Origin: Enterobacteria phage vB_EcoM_IME339
Length of the DNA: 64,000 bases
Sequence record: MH051915
Direction: 5' to 3' (one strand)
Positions 59,277 to 64,000 of this stretch are shown one piece after another. The notes under the pieces were generated by a model. That model made no database searches, was not told the origin of the DNA, and saw only the letters and a program-made list of their open reading frames with translations. The position numbers and the translations under genes were made by a program. Each line of letters starts with the position of its first letter. Within the stretch, counting starts at the first letter, position 1.

Positions 59277-60978
59277 CAATTGTGTATTGACCAGATGAAA
59301 TAGAACTCATAGATGCCATTTTTTCTGTCCAATCGCCACCAACGTCCCAATCAACTGTACCAGCAACTTTCCAAGAAAGATTTCCATTTACTGTATTAGT
59401 CTGATTTCCTTCAACTAAAGTGGTAGCATCTCCTTTAACTGTAATGTCAGCATTACCTTCAACTACAATAGTAACATTACCTTTGACTAGGATAGTTCCA
59501 TTACCTTCAACTGTCTTAGTTTCATCGCCACGCACAAATATTGTATTGCTTCCATCTATTTGGTGGAGACGATTATCCATGTTGTAATAAATTTCTGACC
59601 CACCGACGTTAGTCTTTTTATCGCCAGCTACCAAAAAATTACCATCAGCATTTGTTATATCATACAAATTATCAACAGTTTTTCTTGTTCTTCTTCCTGA
59701 TGGTGATACTTCCTCATACGTTCCAGTCGGATGAACTAATCTGTATCGTTCTTGTCCCGGGGTATCGTCAAATTCCTGAATATGACCGCTTTCAGTTTCC
59801 ATTGTGTGAACATACGGATATTCACCTTTATATGAAGAAACAGGTTCTTTAAATAAAATTCTCGAATCATTCGGAATAGGAGGGTCAGCTGGATCAGAAG
59901 ACTTTGCTACAGTAGCAGCCATTGCTGACAAAGACCTAGCCGGTGTTTTCACTTCAATACCGTATGATTCCAAATTCCCTGTAAGAATAATCATGGTAAC
60001 ACGGGATGCACGGCCTTTTGTTTGTTGATACCACAATGAATCACGACCAGCTTTATATGCTTTTTCCCAATCTCCGGCTAACATAGCAGTTAACATTGTG
60101 TTAAATTTAGCTACACCGCCAACACCCATCTGAAATGCCATATTTTCTAATGCCATTTGACGAGAACGATTAACTGCCTGCCAAACTGGGCCAACTTTAG
60201 AATGTGATTTAATGTCGCGTTGCATATCAGCCAAATCACGTTCAAATAAAGTTACCGCTTCTTCCATTGTAATAGAACCTGGATTTCCGGTAATTTCACG
60301 ACCAACTTGTTTTGATAAAACTTTATTAATTTGAGTCATATCACGAACTGGCTGCTTCATGATAAGATGACCAATACCAATTGTCGGATATCCTTCAGTA
60401 TCCCAATAAACTTTTAGTCTTAATCCTTCATCACGGCGAAGCATTTCAGCCATTGACATATTTGGATTATCATCAGTTGGAATTTCTGATAGCGGTCTAT
60501 CATCGGGATTTATCGCAGTGTCTAGATTGCTATCTTGGATAATATTAGAAGACGAATCATATCCTACTTCTCCGCCTTGGTTTAATACGTTAGTATCATT
60601 TCCTAGACGTCTAGGATACTGTCCAGTTGGGTCAGAAAATCCTTCAAGTCTATTAGGCTTTTCGCGAACTATTCCGCCATATGTGCCAAGGACAATTCCG
60701 TTAGTTTTCCATTTGTCTAAAAAATGACCATAAACTCTAGTTCCTTCTACTGGCCCTGTAACAGAACCTCCAATTCCAGACATTGCTGCAGAAGTTATAG
60801 GTTGAATAACTGACATCCATGGCAATTTATCGGTTGGAATACCCATTACGTCGCCTTGTGCTCTTTGAGGTGGATGCAGACCAACCACACGAACACGAAC
60901 ACGACCTAATTTTAATGGATCCATTCTATCTTCAACAACACCAACAAACCAATTGAGGTTATTACTTATCATTTCCAT
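59251..60978 (-). CDS. 5: Baseplate central spike with tail lysozyme domain gp5
   Basis: 575 aa; lysozyme-like middle domain and C-terminal VxGxxxxx beta-helix repeats. Confidence 0.95.
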   Translation of the reverse strand: MEMISNNLNWFVGVVEDRMDPLKLGRVRVRVVGLHPPQRAQGDVMGIPTDKLPWMSVIQPITSAAMSGIGGSVTGPVEGTRVYGHFLDKWKTNGIVLGTYGGIVREKPNRLEGFSDPTGQYPRRLGNDTNVLNQGGEVGYDSSSNIIQDSNLDTAINPDDRPLSEIPTDDNPNMSMAEMLRRDEGLRLKVYWDTEGYPTIGIGHLIMKQPVRDMTQINKVLSKQVGREITGNPGSITMEEAVTLFERDLADMQRDIKSHSKVGPVWQAVNRSRQMALENMAFQMGVGGVAKFNTMLTAMLAGDWEKAYKAGRDSLWYQQTKGRASRVTMIILTGNLESYGIEVKTPARSLSAMAATVAKSSDPADPPIPNDSRILFKEPVSSYKGEYPYVHTMETESGHIQEFDDTPGQERYRLVHPTGTYEEVSPSGRRTRKTVDNLYDITNADGNFLVAGDKKTNVGGSEIYYNMDNRLHQIDGSNTIFVRGDETKTVEGNGTILVKGNVTIVVEGNADITVKGDATTLVEGNQTNTVNGNLSWKVAGTVDWDVGGDWTEKMASMSSISSGQYTIDGSRIDIG

Positions 60979-61552
60979 AAGATTTCTCCATTATACGTAT
61001 AAGGTCGTTCATAAATGAATTGATGTCTGATTTTGCTATTATTTTTATTTGACGAAGTTTTTCATTTTCAAGAACAGCAGCTTCATACGTATCGACCGCA
61101 GCAAGTGCTCCTTCATATTGAGGATATTTTCTAGCTTTATCGCCTTTGTCATACCAAACATATGGATTATCATCATATGATACTAAATTATAAAATTTTT
61201 CACCGTTTTCATTCACATGATATACTATTTGGTCTCCACCTACGTTTTTGTATTTTTGTATAGATGCTTGATAAGCAGCTTCTTGCGAAGTAATCCATCC
61301 ATAATACGGATCATAATTATCATTACACATCAATAAAACCCAATACAACTGCGGATTTCCATATATAGCATTTGCTAATTCTTCAGGGCGTGGTGAACCT
61401 TTAATATAATAAGTACGTAAGCGGTATCCCGCAAGAGCACGTTTGAAATAGTCTTTATAGTTTCTAAAAATATCTGTCATAGGAATAGTCGGCGCGTTTT
61501 TATTCACCGTTTTGGCCGCATATTCAATCGGATCAAAAAATGTAAAGAGCAT
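60962..61552 (-). CDS. 53: Baseplate wedge protein gp53
   Basis: 196 aa; synteny. Confidence 0.9.
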   Translation of the reverse strand: MLFTFFDPIEYAAKTVNKNAPTIPMTDIFRNYKDYFKRALAGYRLRTYYIKGSPRPEELANAIYGNPQLYWVLLMCNDNYDPYYGWITSQEAAYQASIQKYKNVGGDQIVYHVNENGEKFYNLVSYDDNPYVWYDKGDKARKYPQYEGALAAVDTYEAAVLENEKLRQIKIIAKSDINSFMNDLIRIMEKSYGNDK

Positions 61553-61565
61553 GGGCCCTCCTGTT

Positions 61566-61588
61566 TATAAATATATTATCTATTTATA
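61566..61588. promoter_or_regulatory. Divergent late promoters between gene 53 (-) and gene 4 (+)
   Basis: TATAAATA on + strand at 61566-61573; TATTTATA at 61581-61588 gives TATAAATA on - strand. Confidence 0.6.
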
Positions 61589-61599
61589 AGGAGAATCCA

Positions 61600-62052
61600 A
61601 TGGCATATTCTGGAAAATGGGTTCCTAAAAATATATCAAAATATAGAGGTGACCCTAAAAAAATTACGTATAGATCAAATTGGGAAAAATTCTTTTTTGA
61701 ATGGTTAGATAAAAATCCAGAAATTATTGCATGGGGTAGTGAAACAGCAGTAATTCCTTATTTTTGTAATGCAGAAGGGAAAAAACGTAGATACTTCATG
61801 GATATTTGGATGAAAGATTCTTCTGGACAAGAATTTTTTATTGAAATAAAGCCTAAAAAAGAAACACAACCACCAGTTAAACCAGCACATCTAACAACTG
61901 CAGCGAAGAAAAGATTTATGAATGAAATTTATACATATTCCGTTAATACTGACAAATGGAAAGCAGCTCAAGCTTTAGCTGAAAAGCGTGGAATAAAATT
62001 TAGAATTCTAACAGAAGATGGATTAAGAGCTCTTGGCTTTAAGGGGGCATAA
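61600..62052 (+). CDS. 4: Head completion protein gp4
   Basis: 150 aa; synteny; AAGGAG SD. Confidence 0.9.
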   Translation: MAYSGKWVPKNISKYRGDPKKITYRSNWEKFFFEWLDKNPEIIAWGSETAVIPYFCNAEGKKRRYFMDIWMKDSSGQEFFIEIKPKKETQPPVKPAHLTTAAKKRFMNEIYTYSVNTDKWKAAQALAEKRGIKFRILTEDGLRALGFKGA

Positions 62053-62876
62053 TGGCTATTTTTCAAATAATTAATGAAAGCACTCCCCAAGTTCCAAAGG
62101 TTAAGCAATCATTAAACGAAAAGAAATGGATTCAGATAGGTCTTGAATACAGAAAGGCCAAAGCAAAAGGAATGACAGGAAAGCAATTTGCTGAAGAAAG
62201 AGGAATCAAATACTCTACGTTTACTTCGGCAATGTCAAAATATGCTTCAGGAATTAAAACGGCTGAAAAGATTCAAAAGCTTGAATCAAAACCAATGAAT
62301 AAACTCAATAAGCAAGAAAGACAACTGCTTATGATAAATTCATTCAGGCAAACATTGCGTGATAAAATTCGTAATGAAGGTGCAGCAATTAATAATAAAA
62401 CCAAAAAGTGGTTTGCTGAAACTATTAAGCAGGTAAAAGGACATAAAGTTGTTCGCCCGCAGCCGGGACGAATATATGCTTTTGCTTACGATGCTAAACA
62501 CAAAGAAACTCTTCCTTATTGGGATAAATTTCCTTTGATAATTTACCTCGGTTTAGGTAAACACAATTTAATGTACGGATTGAACTTGCACTATATTCCA
62601 CCTAAAGCTCGTCAGCAATTTCTAGAAGAGCTTTTAAAGCAATATTCAAATACACCTACTATTACTAATAAAACGAAATTAAAAATTGATTGGAGTCAAG
62701 TGAAAGGATTTAGGGGTGCAGACCAAATGATTAAGGCATATATACCTGGTAATATTATGGGTAGCCTTGTTGAAATCGCCCCGAAAGACTGGGCGAACGT
62801 TGTATTAATGCCACTTCAGCAGTTCGTTTCAAAAGGAAAACGTTTCTCTGCAAACAAAGTCTGGTCAAATATCTAA
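62052..62876 (+). CDS. 2: DNA end protector protein gp2
   Basis: 274 aa; synteny. Confidence 0.9.
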   Translation: MAIFQIINESTPQVPKVKQSLNEKKWIQIGLEYRKAKAKGMTGKQFAEERGIKYSTFTSAMSKYASGIKTAEKIQKLESKPMNKLNKQERQLLMINSFRQTLRDKIRNEGAAINNKTKKWFAETIKQVKGHKVVRPQPGRIYAFAYDAKHKETLPYWDKFPLIIYLGLGKHNLMYGLNLHYIPPKARQQFLEELLKQYSNTPTITNKTKLKIDWSQVKGFRGADQMIKAYIPGNIMGSLVEIAPKDWANVVLMPLQQFVSKGKRFSANKVWSNI

Positions 62877-62982
62877 TTCTATTATCTTCCATTCTTTTCT
62901 ATTGTTTGTTCTAATTGGAATTGAATGGAAGGGACTTAGACCCATTATACCACCAACATTTATGAAGCATTATGAGGAATAT

Positions 62983-63513
62983 ATGTCGCAAGCACTGCAA
63001 CAAATTTTTAACCAAGCAAATACAACTAACTTTGTAGTATCAATACCGCATAGTAATACTACATCTGCTTTTACTTTAAATGCTCAGTCAGTTCCTATTC
63101 CGGGAATTAGGATACCTGTTACTGATACCGTGACTGGGCCGTTTGGACTAGGCCGAGCACAACGTCCAGGTGTTACATTTGAGTACGACCCACTCATCGT
63201 GAGATTTATAGTTGATGAAGAGCTTAAGTCATGGATAGGAATGTATGAATGGATGCTAGGAACTAGTAACTATCTTACAGGCGAAAATACTGCCCAAAAA
63301 ACAGGTCCTGAATACATTACGCTTTACATTTTAGATAATAGTAAAACTGAAATCGTGATGTCAATAAATTTTTATAAGCCCTGGGTTTCTGACCTGTCTG
63401 AAGTAGAATTTAGCTACACAGAAGATTCAGACCCAGCCTTAGTATGCACAGCAACGATTCCTTATACGTATTTTCAAGTAGAAAAAGATGGAAAAATTAT
63501 AGCAGAAGTTTAA
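62983..63513 (+). CDS. 3: Tail completion / tail tube terminator protein gp3, 176 aa
   Basis: Track start 62902 lacks an SD; ATG at 62983 preceded by GAGGAA gives the 176-aa T4 length. Confidence 0.88.
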   Translation: MSQALQQIFNQANTTNFVVSIPHSNTTSAFTLNAQSVPIPGIRIPVTDTVTGPFGLGRAQRPGVTFEYDPLIVRFIVDEELKSWIGMYEWMLGTSNYLTGENTAQKTGPEYITLYILDNSKTEIVMSINFYKPWVSDLSEVEFSYTEDSDPALVCTATIPYTYFQVEKDGKIIAEV

Positions 63514-63562
63514 TGCTTCAGTTTCATGTGTTATAATCTTAACTAAATTTGAGGAGAAACAT

Positions 63563-64000
63563 ATGAAACTAATCTTTTTAAGTGGTGTAAAGCGTAGTGG
63601 AAAAGATACTACTGCAGATTTTATTATGAATAATTATTCTGCAGTTAAATATCAACTTGCTGGTCCTATTAAGGATGCATTGGCTTATGCATGGGGTGTA
63701 TTTGCAGCAAACACTGGCTATCCTTGTTTAACTCGTAAAGAGTTTGAAGGAATTGACTATGATCGTGAAACTAATTTAAATCTGACTAAATTAGAAGTAA
63801 TTACGATTATGGAACAAGCATTTTGCTATCTTAATAGTAAAAGCCCAATTAAAGGTGTGTTTGTTTTTGATGACGCAGTTAATTTCGTAGCATTTAACAA
63901 GATTGCTGACGTTATAAATAATATTGAAGATCAATGGTCAGTCCGTCGTCTGATGCAAGCCCTAGGTACGGATTTGATTGTTAATAACTTCGACCGCATG
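63563..64000 (+). CDS. 1: Deoxynucleoside monophosphate kinase gp1, N-terminal part (3' end outside window)
   Basis: P-loop-like SGVKRSGKDT; GAGGAGAA SD; position after gene 3. Confidence 0.88.
   Translation, partial: MKLIFLSGVKRSGKDTTADFIMNNYSAVKYQLAGPIKDALAYAWGVFAANTGYPCLTRKEFEGIDYDRETNLNLTKLEVITIMEQAFCYLNSKSPIKGVFVFDDAVNFVAFNKIADVINNIEDQWSVRRLMQALGTDLIVNNFDRM

Overview
This window is a contiguous ~64 kb segment of a T4-like (T-even, Tequatrovirus-type) myovirus genome, oriented as the reverse complement of the conventional T4 map. All identifications come from reading the supplied ORF translations and the DNA by eye against remembered T4 proteins; no database search was run. The left ~18 kb (+ strand) carries early/middle genes: nrdB 3' end, denA, rnlA (gene 63), alc, pseT, cd, 31, rIII, nine small 30.x ORFs, DNA ligase (30) and alt, with about 25 small accessory ORFs. 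The remaining ~46 kb is the late morphogenesis module: 54, 48, 29, 28, 27, 51 (- strand); 26, 25, uvsY (+); uvsW.1, uvsW (-); inh, hoc, two small ORFs, rnlB (+); 24, 23, 22, 21, 68, 67, 20, 19, 18, 17, 16, 15, 14, 13, wac, 12, 11, 10, 9, 8, 7, 6, 5.4, 5.1-like, 5, 53 (-); 4, 2, 3 and the 5' part of gene 1 (+). Gene order and most protein lengths match T4 gene for gene. The supplied ORF track uses TTG/GTG as starts in places, so several starts were moved to the in-frame ATG with a Shine-Dalgarno. Departures worth a second look: (1) two tandem full-length Alt-type ADP-ribosyltransferase paralogues; (2) a NADAR-like ORF and a HAD-like ORF with a Pro/Tyr repeat tail just upstream of ligase; (3) a perfect 60-bp in-frame tandem duplication in uvsW.1; (4) a 54-bp perfect repeat of an early promoter/leader at two loci 15.8 kb apart; (5) no homing-endonuclease ORFs at the 23/24, uvsW/inh or 5.1/5.4 junctions. 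No tRNA, CRISPR array, integrase or transposase was seen.
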